From positions 128,001-192,000 of IMG/VR virus record IMGVR_UViG_3300043177_000122: a stretch of 64,000 nucleotides of DNA; one strand, written 5' to 3'. A program made the translations under genes and the position numbers. The notes under the pieces were generated by a model that was given only the letters and a program-made list of their open reading frames with translations, was not told the DNA's origin and searched no databases. This DNA comes from a virus. Lineage: Duplodnaviria; Caudoviricetes. How positions within the stretch are numbered: the first letter of the stretch is position 1; every line of letters starts with the position of its first letter. Shown piece by piece: positions 25,913-36,315 of the stretch.

Positions 25913-26499
25913 TCTTGAATACATTAGTATTAGAACAAACTGAACATGGCGAAATGCCAATGGATGTGTATCAGAAATTGGCTAACGACCGAATTTTGTT
26001 TATCACAGATTACATTGATGACGCAATTGCAACTGATATTATTGCAACTTTGCTTTTAAAAGATCATGAAGATAATGAGAAAAAGATTACACTTTTTATC
26101 AATTCTCCAGGTGGCGATATTCGTAATACCTTTATGATCTATGACGTCATGATGCTAATCAACGCTCCAATTGAGACTGTTTGTATTGGTGCAGCAATGG
26201 ATGAAGCTGCAATCTTATTGGCGGGCGGCGAAAAGGGCATGCGACTAGCAACTAAGAATTCTATTATTGCTGTAAGTCAGCTTGTTAATAATTGGCATAT
26301 GCATACCAATATAACAAACGCTAAGAATCTCATGGAACAATTCAAAATCGATAACGATCGTTTAGTAGAAATTATTAGCAAATCAACTGGTAAAAGTGTT
26401 AAACAGATTAGGGAAGATTTTGATCGTCGAGTATTTTTCACTGCTTCTAAAGCGTTGAAGTATGGTTTGATTGATAAAGTTGTAACACCAAACAAATGA
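25909..26499 (+). CDS. ClpP-family subunit, catalytically inactive (ClpR-like)
   Basis: DRILF, FINSPGG, RR.FF.A..AL.YGLID.V; catalytic Ser and His positions read D and S; TTG start. Confidence 0.85.
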   Translation: MILNTLVLEQTEHGEMPMDVYQKLANDRILFITDYIDDAIATDIIATLLLKDHEDNEKKITLFINSPGGDIRNTFMIYDVMMLINAPIETVCIGAAMDEAAILLAGGEKGMRLATKNSIIAVSQLVNNWHMHTNITNAKNLMEQFKIDNDRLVEIISKSTGKSVKQIREDFDRRVFFTASKALKYGLIDKVVTPNK

Positions 26500-26507
26500 G
26501 ATAGACA

Positions 26508-27098
26508 ATGCCCAAACAAGATCATGATCATGGTGCGCCATTTCAAGCCCCCTTGCTTAGGGGTTATGCTGATAGCTATCTCAAGATGTCAAAAAATCGA
26601 GCTATCTTTTTTGCAGAAGATGTGAATGATAAAGTTGCTGCAGAATTATCTGCTCTGTTACTTTACTACGATAACATTGATCAGGAAGAGCCTATTCATT
26701 TGTATATTCATTCTAATGGTGGTGCTGTTAGTGGCCTTAGTAATATTTATGATGTTATGCAAATGATTCACGCCCCAGTTAAAACAATTCTGTTGGGTAA
26801 ATGTTATTCTGCAGGAGCTGTTTTATTAGCTGCTGGCACTAAGGGGGAACGTTATGCTCTTAGAAGCTCTAACGTTATGATCCATGGTATACAATTTGTA
26901 TTTCCTCTTCCTGGCGATGACATTACAACATCTAAGAATTATTTGGAATTCATAGAAGAAAACAATGATCTTTTGATGAAAATTCTAGCTAAGCATACCG
27001 GTCAGCCGCTTGAAAAGATTAAGGCAGATTGTTCTAGAGAATATTGGATGGACGCTAAGTCTGCCAAAGAATATGGCATTATCGATCATATATTGTAA
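26508..27098 (+). CDS. clpP: ATP-dependent Clp protease proteolytic subunit
   Basis: YIHSNGG, GKCYSAG (Ser), VMIHG (His), A.HTGQ.LEKI..D..RE.WM.A..AKEYGIID. Confidence 0.9.
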   Translation: MPKQDHDHGAPFQAPLLRGYADSYLKMSKNRAIFFAEDVNDKVAAELSALLLYYDNIDQEEPIHLYIHSNGGAVSGLSNIYDVMQMIHAPVKTILLGKCYSAGAVLLAAGTKGERYALRSSNVMIHGIQFVFPLPGDDITTSKNYLEFIEENNDLLMKILAKHTGQPLEKIKADCSREYWMDAKSAKEYGIIDHIL

Positions 27099-27099
27099 G

Positions 27100-27543
27100 A
27101 TGAGTAGCATCATTTTTGATTTAGTATATTCTGATTATGACTGGCAGGAGCATCATTTTATACAAGCTCCCGAAGGTACTACATTAGAAGATTTTCAAAA
27201 TCTTTGTGACCACCTTATGCCAAAGGCTGGTTATAAGGCAACTCTTAAAAGATCATCACCTAAAGTTGGAGGATGGATTTGTTGGAGTGATGTTGTGGAG
27301 TCGTTGGTATCCTTGTTAGAAAAACAAGGATACCAACGAATTATTCTTGGTTCTTATGTGGTTAATGGTGGTGTTATTGTTAGACCAGAGGAGTCTAAGA
27401 ATAAAGATAAATTAGGTTTTTCTTATCAAGCTATTGCCTCTTATAATGGTAAATTAGAAAGAAAATTAGCAGAAGAGCGAAAAGCTAAGAAACTATTGCG
27501 AATTGGTGTTTTAAAGAAAAAGATGGTTCAAATCATCAAATAA
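27100..27543 (+). CDS. hypothetical protein
   Basis: ATG 27100 preferred to track start 27010. Confidence 0.6.
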   Translation: MSSIIFDLVYSDYDWQEHHFIQAPEGTTLEDFQNLCDHLMPKAGYKATLKRSSPKVGGWICWSDVVESLVSLLEKQGYQRIILGSYVVNGGVIVRPEESKNKDKLGFSYQAIASYNGKLERKLAEERKAKKLLRIGVLKKKMVQIIK

Positions 27544-27704
27544 ATACGTATATCTCACCATGTGCTCATTTAAAGTCCAATTGTGTGCCTTGCTATAAAG
27601 TTTGTAATATAATGAAGAAGAACTTTAGCATGGAGTATTTTACCACTCATATCAAGCGAATACTAGATAATCTGAGCGGGATACTAAAATAAACACATAT
27701 TGTT

Positions 27705-29102
27705 ATGGAAAAGACTGCTAGAAAACCATCTATGGATCCAGCCCAGGAGCGATTAAGACAGAATAAGGCTATTTGGAACAAAGAAGTATCGACTTTTATC
27801 AATGATTTGATTCACTTCAAGAAAACGATGAATGGTTGGCCTTCTAAGTTTTTCAAAGAGCGCTCTCGTATTACTCAGCCTATTCCGGCTGATCCGGCTA
27901 CTATTATTGGTTCCTTGGCTGGCGATTTTCAAGAGATTGTTCAGAAAGGCAATAGTCTTATTCAAGAGCAAATTAATTATACTAAGAACCGTCGCCAAAA
28001 ACAACCGAAACAACTCAATCTTCCATTACCGGAGCCAACTCAAAAAGCACCAGAACCACCACAACCTCCAACTCCTGATTTGTCAAAACAGCTTTCTTTA
28101 GGGTTGAACGCCTCAGAAGAGCACATTGAGTTGTTTAAAGTAGCTTCCGACATGGAATCTAAATATCTTTTAGAGTCACAAGCTTCTAATCCAGTTACTC
28201 GTTTCATTGCCAGGTTATTCAATCCAAAATTTGGTTTTGGTGAAGCTGCTCGTATGCGACGTTTACGTATGACAATGTTAGATAGTTGTGCTAAAACTTA
28301 TAAAACGCTTAAAATATTACAGGCCACGATAGTTAAGTCATCAGATGATAGTATTGAACAGTCTCATAAAATGATGACAATGGCTTGGAATAACTGGAAT
28401 ATAGTTTATCGACTTGTAACTGCGTTCAAAGGATTAAAACCTAATGACGTTAAAGAGTCTGGCGGTCTAATTGAAGATCCTGAATTGGCTAGAGAAAGAG
28501 AAGCTGAACAAGGATATGAAGAGATTGGCAATAAGCTGCAGCCTGCTAGTGAGCCAACTCATGGAGTTCCAACATCTGATCTGGTAAAAGATTTTCAGTC
28601 TGCTGTCAATTACCTAGGTGCAGTCGTACAAAATCAAGAGTTCCAAAATCTTAATTCTTTTGTGGAACAACTTAAAGCGGCTCCTAATGATAAAAAAGTT
28701 GGCCTATTAGCTAAGTCTTTCATAGCATCAGACTATGCACAAGCTTTGGCGTCTACCAATCAAGAACTTGGAACTATGGGAAGTTCTTTCCAAGATATTA
28801 TGCAACAGCATAAAAGTAAACCAAAGAAAGAAGCGCAGGAATTTCGTGGTTGGCTTGGTAAAATTAGGCATCAACTAATTCCGGGCGGCACCTCTGGTTC
28901 AAGACTAGAAATCTATAATACTATTGATCAAACAAAGAAAGACGTAGATGCGTTAATGAATTTGCTTGAAAAGGGATATGATCGAAATAGTATTGAGAAG
29001 CAGGTTGTTCAAATTCATCGCCAGATGTCTTCGCTTCGTACTATGATTAGGTCTTTGTTTTATTCTATTAAGCCCGAGAAAGCTTCTTCACCGTTTTTCT
29101 GA
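27705..29102 (+). CDS. hypothetical protein (possible virion protein)
   Basis: 465 aa ORF with Pro/Gln linker. Confidence 0.75.
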   Translation: MEKTARKPSMDPAQERLRQNKAIWNKEVSTFINDLIHFKKTMNGWPSKFFKERSRITQPIPADPATIIGSLAGDFQEIVQKGNSLIQEQINYTKNRRQKQPKQLNLPLPEPTQKAPEPPQPPTPDLSKQLSLGLNASEEHIELFKVASDMESKYLLESQASNPVTRFIARLFNPKFGFGEAARMRRLRMTMLDSCAKTYKTLKILQATIVKSSDDSIEQSHKMMTMAWNNWNIVYRLVTAFKGLKPNDVKESGGLIEDPELAREREAEQGYEEIGNKLQPASEPTHGVPTSDLVKDFQSAVNYLGAVVQNQEFQNLNSFVEQLKAAPNDKKVGLLAKSFIASDYAQALASTNQELGTMGSSFQDIMQQHKSKPKKEAQEFRGWLGKIRHQLIPGGTSGSRLEIYNTIDQTKKDVDALMNLLEKGYDRNSIEKQVVQIHRQMSSLRTMIRSLFYSIKPEKASSPFF

Positions 29103-29108
29103 GGTCAA

Positions 29109-29513
29109 ATGGAACAAGGATATATTTATCTACATGAAAGTATCTTTCCTTCATTGCTTGCCATCTCATCAGATGAACAACAACGCGGGCTGATGCATCA
29201 AGAGTGGCCCCCTCCAGTCATGACCTTTGTGTATGGAGCCCCACGAACTAATCGATTTTGGATGAAGAATACTCCTAGTCCTTTAGATATTGTGTTCTGT
29301 CATAATGGGAAAGTATCGGAGATTTGCTTTGGTGAACCAAATTCTACTGAGGTTATAGGTTCGAAAGTTAGCGATCTTGTCATTGAGTTACCATATGGAA
29401 CAGTGGATTCAATTGGTTTGAAGATTGGTCAATCAGCGGGACTCGTTCTCCCTACACCAGATGACCTACGCAAAATTTTTGCTACAAAATACGGATTATT
29501 TGTAAAATTCTGA
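29109..29513 (+). CDS. DUF192 family protein
   Basis: RGLM, FWMKNT.SPLDIVF, VIELP.G motifs. Confidence 0.85.
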   Translation: MEQGYIYLHESIFPSLLAISSDEQQRGLMHQEWPPPVMTFVYGAPRTNRFWMKNTPSPLDIVFCHNGKVSEICFGEPNSTEVIGSKVSDLVIELPYGTVDSIGLKIGQSAGLVLPTPDDLRKIFATKYGLFVKF

Positions 29514-29559
29514 TACCCCTTGCCTTATCAATTTGTATGATTATATTGATGGGGACGAC

Positions 29560-30543
29560 ATGGATACTATACAGCAATTCAACCAGATTTTAAACAACTT
29601 TAACATCAAAGCTACTTGTCTCAGTGTGAATCAGGTCGATAACTATGTTTATTATGATCTGAAGCTGCATCCACGAGCTAAGGTTAAAGAGATTCAGAAA
29701 TACAGTGATGAAATTTCTTTGGCACTCAAGAAAGGTAAACCAAGCGTAAAGGTACTTCATGAACAAGGTGTTGTACGAGTAGAGTTTGCTTCTCCACGAG
29801 AAACTCCTTTGAAGTTGTTTGATTTGTTCACCAATGACAATATTCCCAATGGTGGTCTTGTTTGTTTACTAGGCCAAACAGTTGATGGTAATAAAGTATG
29901 GGTTGATTTATTAGATAACCCTCATTGTTTAGTTGCTGGCACTACGGGTTCTGGTAAAAGTACATTACTACATAATGTTATTGCTAACGTATTTAATTAT
30001 AATGATGCTGATTTATACCTAATTGATCCAAAACGTATTGAGTTTACTCGATATGAAGGGATTCGCGGCACTCAGGTATACAATACATATGATGATACGG
30101 TAGAGTTTTTGTCTAATATGATTGAAATAATGGAAGATAGGTATACTAAACTACGAGCTGGGTGGGATGTTTCTGCTTTGAAACCAGTCTTAATTATTAT
30201 TGATGAGTTTGCTGATTTGGTTATGCAAGACAAAGGAGATCTATTTTTTGATAAACTATGTCGTCTTGCCCAGAAGTGTCGAGCCGCACGGATTTCTATT
30301 ATGATTGCCACGCAGCGCCCCTCTGTTGATGTTATCAATGGAGCGATTAAAGCTAACTTTCCGGCCCGTATTGCCTGTAAAGTTGCAAGTCATGTTGATT
30401 CTAAAGTTATTTTAGATGCAGTGGGTGCAGAAAATTTACTTGGAAAAGGCGATGCGCTGTTACGCGACAATAATCACAACATGGAGCGTTTCCAGGTGGC
30501 ATATACAGATGCAACTGAAATTTGTGAGATTTTCGGAGTCTAA
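29560..30543 (+). CDS. FtsK/SpoIIIE-like ATPase (motor core only)
   Basis: PHCLVAGTTGSGKS, LIDPKR.E, IIDEFADL, RLAQK.RAA.I....ATQRPSVDVI.G.IKANFP.RIA, GAE.LLG.GD.L. Confidence 0.9.
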   Translation: MDTIQQFNQILNNFNIKATCLSVNQVDNYVYYDLKLHPRAKVKEIQKYSDEISLALKKGKPSVKVLHEQGVVRVEFASPRETPLKLFDLFTNDNIPNGGLVCLLGQTVDGNKVWVDLLDNPHCLVAGTTGSGKSTLLHNVIANVFNYNDADLYLIDPKRIEFTRYEGIRGTQVYNTYDDTVEFLSNMIEIMEDRYTKLRAGWDVSALKPVLIIIDEFADLVMQDKGDLFFDKLCRLAQKCRAARISIMIATQRPSVDVINGAIKANFPARIACKVASHVDSKVILDAVGAENLLGKGDALLRDNNHNMERFQVAYTDATEICEIFGV

Positions 30544-31880
30544 TGGAAGCTGCTGTGAATACATTAAATTTGATGGATGTTGATTTTCTAGTAGAGAATT
30601 TCCTCAAAGAACGCGAACAAGGAATTGCTACCCTACATCGAATCTATTTCAAGAATGGCAATTCTTTATCATTACGTGCCTTAGTTGAGAGTTTAAAAGA
30701 TGAGTTGCGTACTGGCTGTGTTACATTCATTAACAATGCATCTCCTGTAGATGAGATTAATGATTATCTTTTCTATATTGTAAATGCTTTTTGCAAAAAA
30801 CAAGCGCTCCCGAGTTTTAAACATAAAGCTGAGTATATTTGTCCCGGTTGTGTTTTCTTGGGCAAAGAATATGGCGTGTTGAACTTTAACAAAGTTCTGT
30901 ATTGTGATGAGTGCGAAGAAGAACTAAAAAATACTACTGATCCTAAAATGGTTTATTTCTTTAAAACTTTTTATCGTCATAACAAAAATGGATATCGATG
31001 TCCTGATTGTGAAAGATTTATTCCGCACCCAATAGATAATTCATATACAGTTTCGTGTCCATATTTTGATTGTTTGTTTGTAGGTGCCGTAGGTGATCTA
31101 AACAAAATGCATCATCCTACTTCAAAGTCTAATCCTGAGAAATTAATTCTTGATGCTTCTCACGATGGTTTATCTTTAAAAGACAATATTCAATCTCAAG
31201 ATGTAGATGTACAAACTCAATTAGAGTTTGCTGAGGATATGCAAGATAAGATTAAGTCCATCAGGGAAATCATAGAGACACAAAGTAATAATGCAGCGTA
31301 TAGTAGTTCTAGTGCTACCGTGAAGCATAAACAGTGTGTTTATCAGGCATTTTCTAATTTATTAGAACGTCACCCTGAAGAAATGGTTGCATATATTCTT
31401 CATAGCACAAATAGTCATATGGGCTTTCAACATAAGATATTTCAAGAGTATGTTTCATTATTGGAAGCATCTTTACCTTTTGTAATTTTCAAAAATAGAC
31501 AACCGGTAAAGATTGACAACATTATGGACGCTAATCTAGGTATATTTGATGAAATCTCCATTTTTGATGGTATTGTTAATGATAAACTAGTTATCAAAAA
31601 TGAGACTAAAGATTTCTATATTGGTGGTAGAAAAAGCACTTATGCTAAACCTTATTATATTGGTAAACTATTAAACATAATAGAGAGGGGCTCTAAAAAG
31701 ACTTTGCTGTCTAATGTTAAAGAGTATACTTTCTCTAAAATTTATATGCAAGACATTAGACCCGGTACGTTAGTTACGGTTACACATCTTCGAGTGCCGC
31801 CCCATTATCAAATGGGCGGGATGACTTATGTTAATAGAATTAGAAAGAAGATTGTTGAAAGGGCTAGGAGTATCATATGA
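30543..31880 (+). CDS. hypothetical protein with Zn-ribbon motifs
   Basis: CPGC, CDEC, CPDC, CPYFDC. Confidence 0.7.
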   Translation: MEAAVNTLNLMDVDFLVENFLKEREQGIATLHRIYFKNGNSLSLRALVESLKDELRTGCVTFINNASPVDEINDYLFYIVNAFCKKQALPSFKHKAEYICPGCVFLGKEYGVLNFNKVLYCDECEEELKNTTDPKMVYFFKTFYRHNKNGYRCPDCERFIPHPIDNSYTVSCPYFDCLFVGAVGDLNKMHHPTSKSNPEKLILDASHDGLSLKDNIQSQDVDVQTQLEFAEDMQDKIKSIREIIETQSNNAAYSSSSATVKHKQCVYQAFSNLLERHPEEMVAYILHSTNSHMGFQHKIFQEYVSLLEASLPFVIFKNRQPVKIDNIMDANLGIFDEISIFDGIVNDKLVIKNETKDFYIGGRKSTYAKPYYIGKLLNIIERGSKKTLLSNVKEYTFSKIYMQDIRPGTLVTVTHLRVPPHYQMGGMTYVNRIRKKIVERARSII

Positions 31881-32341
31881 GAATGCAATCTTTTAAACTT
31901 CTATCTAAATCGGAAGTTATCAAAATTAACATTTCAGAGTCTTTTATGGCCCGCGCCCGCTGTAAAGAATGTGGTAAAGGGCCAGATTATTACTATGGCA
32001 CGATGAGGCCATTTATGTGGAAAGAAGTGAAATACTTTTTAATTTTTTCTGAGATTTCTAAAAAGTGGTTTGCTAGAAATAATAATTGGTTCAAAGAGTA
32101 TCAGCCTCGCAATTTTAATAAGCTAGGAGATTTTTCTCGTACTTTAGATGAAAAATCTTACAATCCAATTGTACATAGAACTAAGGGCGCTGATATTAGT
32201 GATCGTTATAATATAGTCGAATATGTTGGTTGTGGTTGCGGTGCGACCGTATGGGCATTTAATAATGTCTCAGTACAAAAACGAGCAGAAATTACAAACC
32301 GAAAGGGCAGATATAAATACCCTCAGAAGTTTTTGTATTGA
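31877..32341 (+). CDS. hypothetical protein (CKEC...CGC)
   Basis: 154 aa ORF, ATGA overlap. Confidence 0.55.
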   Translation: MRMQSFKLLSKSEVIKINISESFMARARCKECGKGPDYYYGTMRPFMWKEVKYFLIFSEISKKWFARNNNWFKEYQPRNFNKLGDFSRTLDEKSYNPIVHRTKGADISDRYNIVEYVGCGCGATVWAFNNVSVQKRAEITNRKGRYKYPQKFLY

Positions 32342-32738
32342 GTTTTGGAAGTCGCTGACGCACTTGTTCTTCAAGCGATAAAAAATCATCAGCCAACTCT
32401 TCAAATAACTTCCATTCACGATTAATTAGCCTGTAGCATGAATAGTAAGATAGTCTAGCTACAGTATCATAATATTCTTTGCTTGCAAATTGGAGATGTT
32501 GAGGGGCTAGCGTATTAGCGAAAAAAATCCAATCTCCCAAATTTTGGTAGCGTAAAAAATCTTGTTTGTCACGGGCTTGTGCAAACAACAAAGTGACACT
32601 ATCTTTTGACAGGTCGAACTCGGCGCTTTTGTATTTTCCATAAATGCTAACAATGTAAGCTTTCGTATCACGTTGGCAATGCAGATCGTTTAGTAGTTCT
32701 TCAAAAAAAATACTAATATTCTTATGAAAGACATCCAT
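32292..32738 (-). CDS. hypothetical protein
   Basis: 148 aa ORF on - strand filling the gap before topA. Confidence 0.65.
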   Translation of the reverse strand: MDVFHKNISIFFEELLNDLHCQRDTKAYIVSIYGKYKSAEFDLSKDSVTLLFAQARDKQDFLRYQNLGDWIFFANTLAPQHLQFASKEYYDTVARLSYYSCYRLINREWKLFEELADDFLSLEEQVRQRLPKLNTKTSEGIYICPFGL

Positions 32739-32775
32739 AAAGATGATACAAGAATATTGAAAGACTCGGTGATAA

Positions 32776-34575
32776 ATGAAGACATTAGTGATAGTAGAAT
32801 CGCCAGCTAAGGCGGAAAAGATTCAAGGTTATTTAGGTAAGGACTTTATTGTTCTTGCTAGCAAGGGCCATATCACTGACCTTGCTAAAGGGGGCCGTTT
32901 TGGTCTAGGCGTTGATGTTGATAATGATTTTCGACCACGTTATGTTCTTCAAGAAGACAAAATCGAAACCCTTGATATGCTACTCAAAGCGGCTAAAAAA
33001 TGCGACGCTATCTTGATTGCAAGCGACCCTGACCGTGAAGGGGAAGCAATTGCATGGCACCTTCAAGAGAGACTTAAAGACACCGGATTGCCAATCAAAA
33101 GGGTTGTCTTTAATGAAATTAAGAAAGATAAAATTCAGAAAGCTATCAAATCACCACGAGATGTGGATGTGAATCTATTTCACTCCCAAGAAGCCCGTCG
33201 CATTTTGGATCGTTTGGTAGGATTTATGGCCTCACCATTTTTAATGAACTATTTTGGCCCCAAACTATCTGCTGGCCGTGTTCAGTCAGTTGTTACTCGT
33301 ATGGTGATTGATCGTGAGCGTGAAATTGAAGCATTTGTGCCAGAGACTTTTTGGACAATTAGTGTGATGCTTGCACCAGCCACTAATGTAAAAGCCGGCT
33401 TCATGACTAAGTTCAATGGTCGTCCAACCAATGAGAAAGATGCAAAATCTATTAAGGATACTTTAAATGTAGATCCTTATATTGTTTCAGAAGTAATTTC
33501 TGATGAAGAGGCAAAATATCCACAACCACCATTGGTAACTTCTACACTACAAAGAATTATGTCCAAGGAGCATGGCTTTAGCGCAGATCGTACTATGAAA
33601 GCCGCTCAGTCTCTTTATGAGAATGGCTATTGTACATATATTCGTACCGACTCAGTTCGTGTTGGTGATGAAGCTCTGGAAGATGTTCGTAAGTGGATTC
33701 AAGATCATAAGTATGGTCTACCTAAGAAAGCTTATACTTACAAAAATAAAGATGCAGCACAGGATGCACACGAATGTATCCGACCGTCTGATCTTTCATT
33801 AGAGCCCAACAATAACTATGCTATGGTCGACCCAGATGAAAAGTTGGTTTATGAAACTATTTGGAAGTATTTTGTGGCCAGTCAAATGATGCCGGCAGTA
33901 TATGATACCATGAAAATAACCGCTCATATTAAAGGCGATCCAACTCATGAGGTAAAGGCTTCTGGTAAAGCGCTTAAGAGTAAAGGTTTCCTTGAAGTTC
34001 TTGGCGTTCAGGATGATTCCAAGATTGATATTCCATTACTGAAAGTAGGAGATATCTTACAGCGCTTTGGAAAGATTCCAGTTCAATTGGAAAAGAAGCA
34101 GACTCAACCACCTCCTCGTTATTCTGAAGATAAGCTTATCAAAGAGCTAGTTAATAAGAACATTGGTCGACCAGCCACTTATGCTGAGCTATTAAGCAAG
34201 ATTAGCTCTCGTAACTATGTTGAGAAGAAAGGTAATGTTTTCCATGCCACAGATTTAGGTAAAAAGATTACTGATGAGCTTCTACAGTTTTTCACTTTTA
34301 TGGATTATGATTATACCGCCAAAATGGAGCAACAGCTTGATGAGATTGAAAGTGGTAAAGTCAATCATACCGATATGTTGAAAAAGTTTTATCCTGAATT
34401 TAAGAAAGAATTGGACAAGGCATATGTAGGACACGGAGCCAATATGTGTCCAAAATGTGGCAGTTCGATGTCAATTCGTACGACAAAGACTGGTAAGTTT
34501 TGGGGATGCTCCGGATATCCCAAGTGTAAACACACTGTAAATATTGCGTCTTCGCCATCAACAAATGTTGCTTAA
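32776..34575 (+). CDS. topA: DNA topoisomerase I (type IA)
   Basis: LVIVESPAKA, ASDPDREGE, SAGRVQS, AQSLYE, TYIRTDS (active Tyr), AHECIRP, IGRPATY, C-terminal Zn ribbon. Confidence 0.97.
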   Translation: MKTLVIVESPAKAEKIQGYLGKDFIVLASKGHITDLAKGGRFGLGVDVDNDFRPRYVLQEDKIETLDMLLKAAKKCDAILIASDPDREGEAIAWHLQERLKDTGLPIKRVVFNEIKKDKIQKAIKSPRDVDVNLFHSQEARRILDRLVGFMASPFLMNYFGPKLSAGRVQSVVTRMVIDREREIEAFVPETFWTISVMLAPATNVKAGFMTKFNGRPTNEKDAKSIKDTLNVDPYIVSEVISDEEAKYPQPPLVTSTLQRIMSKEHGFSADRTMKAAQSLYENGYCTYIRTDSVRVGDEALEDVRKWIQDHKYGLPKKAYTYKNKDAAQDAHECIRPSDLSLEPNNNYAMVDPDEKLVYETIWKYFVASQMMPAVYDTMKITAHIKGDPTHEVKASGKALKSKGFLEVLGVQDDSKIDIPLLKVGDILQRFGKIPVQLEKKQTQPPPRYSEDKLIKELVNKNIGRPATYAELLSKISSRNYVEKKGNVFHATDLGKKITDELLQFFTFMDYDYTAKMEQQLDEIESGKVNHTDMLKKFYPEFKKELDKAYVGHGANMCPKCGSSMSIRTTKTGKFWGCSGYPKCKHTVNIASSPSTNVA

Positions 34576-34599
34576 AGAAAGAACGAGTACCTTGTTAAA

Positions 34600-35904
34600 A
34601 TGATAACTAAAGAACAATATCTAACTCCAGAGGTTTTGGAGAAACAGGAGCACCTTTCGCCTGAGAGATTGGCGAAACTTGCTCCTACCAATAGGGTAGT
34701 TCCAGATCAGAAAAGACCGCCAGCAAATTTCATTGATTTAATGAATTGGACAACTGAACAATTCAAGACTGCCCTCAAAGATCAAGTTGGTTTAGAGAAA
34801 TTTGTACATAACCGCATTATTGTTGATGGGCAATTCCTTCAGTTTGCTGAAGAGAATAATGTTACTATCGAATGCTTGTATAAAGATTCTTCTATCTCTT
34901 GGACTACTGAACATGATTATGAAAAGTTTTTTATGCAAGGAGTTTTCTATATTAAGGCTAGAGGGTTAGAATTTTTGCACGCCGCTTTGTTTCATAAAGG
35001 AAATCAACAAGAAGATGAAGTTAGCTTCTTTGTAGTTGTTTCAAAAAACAACTATGAAGCTTATGTTAAGTTTCGCAATCAGTTTGATGACTGGGTACAA
35101 GAACGCGATCGTAGCAACTTACATATTCGCGTAATTGAAGGCGATGACATTCCTTATACCAAAGATCATTCTTGGGAAGATTTGTTTTTACCAGAAACTA
35201 TTAAAGTTGAAATTAGGGGGTTAGTAGAGAGTTTCTTGTCTTCCAAGGAATTTTATCTAAAGAACAAAATTCCTTGGAAACGAGGAATTTTGTTATATGG
35301 TAAACCTGGTAATGGAAAAACATCAATTATTCGCACTGTTATCTCTCAATATAATTTCAAACCAGTTACTATTGTAGCTGGAGCAAATGATGATGCAGTA
35401 CGAGAAGCATTCTCTTATGCGGAGGAGCAAAGCCCTTCGCTGCTTTATTTTGAAGACTTAGACTCTCTTCTTGCAAAGAGTGTTGATATCTCATCCTTCC
35501 TTAATTTAATGGATGGTATTTCAGCAAAGAATGGGTTGTTAATTATTGCTACCGCAAATGAGGTAAAAAAATTAGCACCCAACATTACTGATAGGCCATC
35601 TAGGTTTGATAGAAAATTCGAGATACCACTTCCAAATGCAGAAATGGCTTATATATATCTTAAAAGATGGTTCGGTAATCTCATTACAGTAAAACAATGT
35701 AGAGAGCTTGCCAAATATGCTACTAAATACGAGTTTTCTTATGCTTACTTAAAGGAATTGTATATATCTTCTATGTTTGAAGCTCTTGCGAATAATCGTA
35801 AAAGTCCAACTGAAAAGGATATTCAAAAAGCCTTTAACCGAACAGTTAAAGACAAAAATGCTTTAAGTGGCGGTTCTGTTAATCTTGATAAGTACATTAA
35901 GTGA
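34600..35904 (+). CDS. AAA+ ATPase (BCS1/FtsH-like core)
   Basis: WKRGILLYGKPGNGKT, YFEDLD, FLNLMDG, RPSRFD. Confidence 0.88.
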   Translation: MITKEQYLTPEVLEKQEHLSPERLAKLAPTNRVVPDQKRPPANFIDLMNWTTEQFKTALKDQVGLEKFVHNRIIVDGQFLQFAEENNVTIECLYKDSSISWTTEHDYEKFFMQGVFYIKARGLEFLHAALFHKGNQQEDEVSFFVVVSKNNYEAYVKFRNQFDDWVQERDRSNLHIRVIEGDDIPYTKDHSWEDLFLPETIKVEIRGLVESFLSSKEFYLKNKIPWKRGILLYGKPGNGKTSIIRTVISQYNFKPVTIVAGANDDAVREAFSYAEEQSPSLLYFEDLDSLLAKSVDISSFLNLMDGISAKNGLLIIATANEVKKLAPNITDRPSRFDRKFEIPLPNAEMAYIYLKRWFGNLITVKQCRELAKYATKYEFSYAYLKELYISSMFEALANNRKSPTEKDIQKAFNRTVKDKNALSGGSVNLDKYIK

Positions 35905-35928
35905 TAAGGTTAAAACGGGTCATTACAA

Positions 35929-36303
35929 ATGAAAGACCATAATAGAAAAGGTAAGAGGTTCTCTAAAAAGGCACCGAGGGGAGGTGAATCGCAGCCAGTC
36001 GCAGTCAACGACAAATTCGCACATATTGAAGCAGTGCAAGCCCAACCCCTCGAAGTTAAAGTGTATGGGAACAATTTCGATAAAGCTTTGAGAGCTTTTC
36101 GAGCCCTCGTTCAAAAAGAACGTATTCTCTCGTCATATAAAGAGAAGCAATCGTACGAGAAGCCATCTGACAAACGTAGGAGAAAGCGTAACGAATCCAA
36201 AAGGAAACAACTTGAACTTTGTAGCAAAGGTGACTGTAGACACTCAGGCCATGCTAAAAACCGCAAGGAAAGAAAGTTCAAGAGAGGCTCTTCTCCAGAA
36301 TAA
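35929..36303 (+). CDS. rpsU: ribosomal protein bS21 with N- and C-terminal extensions
   Basis: VKVYGNNFDKALRAF...VQKE.IL...KEKQSYEKPSDKRRRK. Confidence 0.88.
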   Translation: MKDHNRKGKRFSKKAPRGGESQPVAVNDKFAHIEAVQAQPLEVKVYGNNFDKALRAFRALVQKERILSSYKEKQSYEKPSDKRRRKRNESKRKQLELCSKGDCRHSGHAKNRKERKFKRGSSPE

Positions 36304-36315
36304 TCTGGAAACAAC

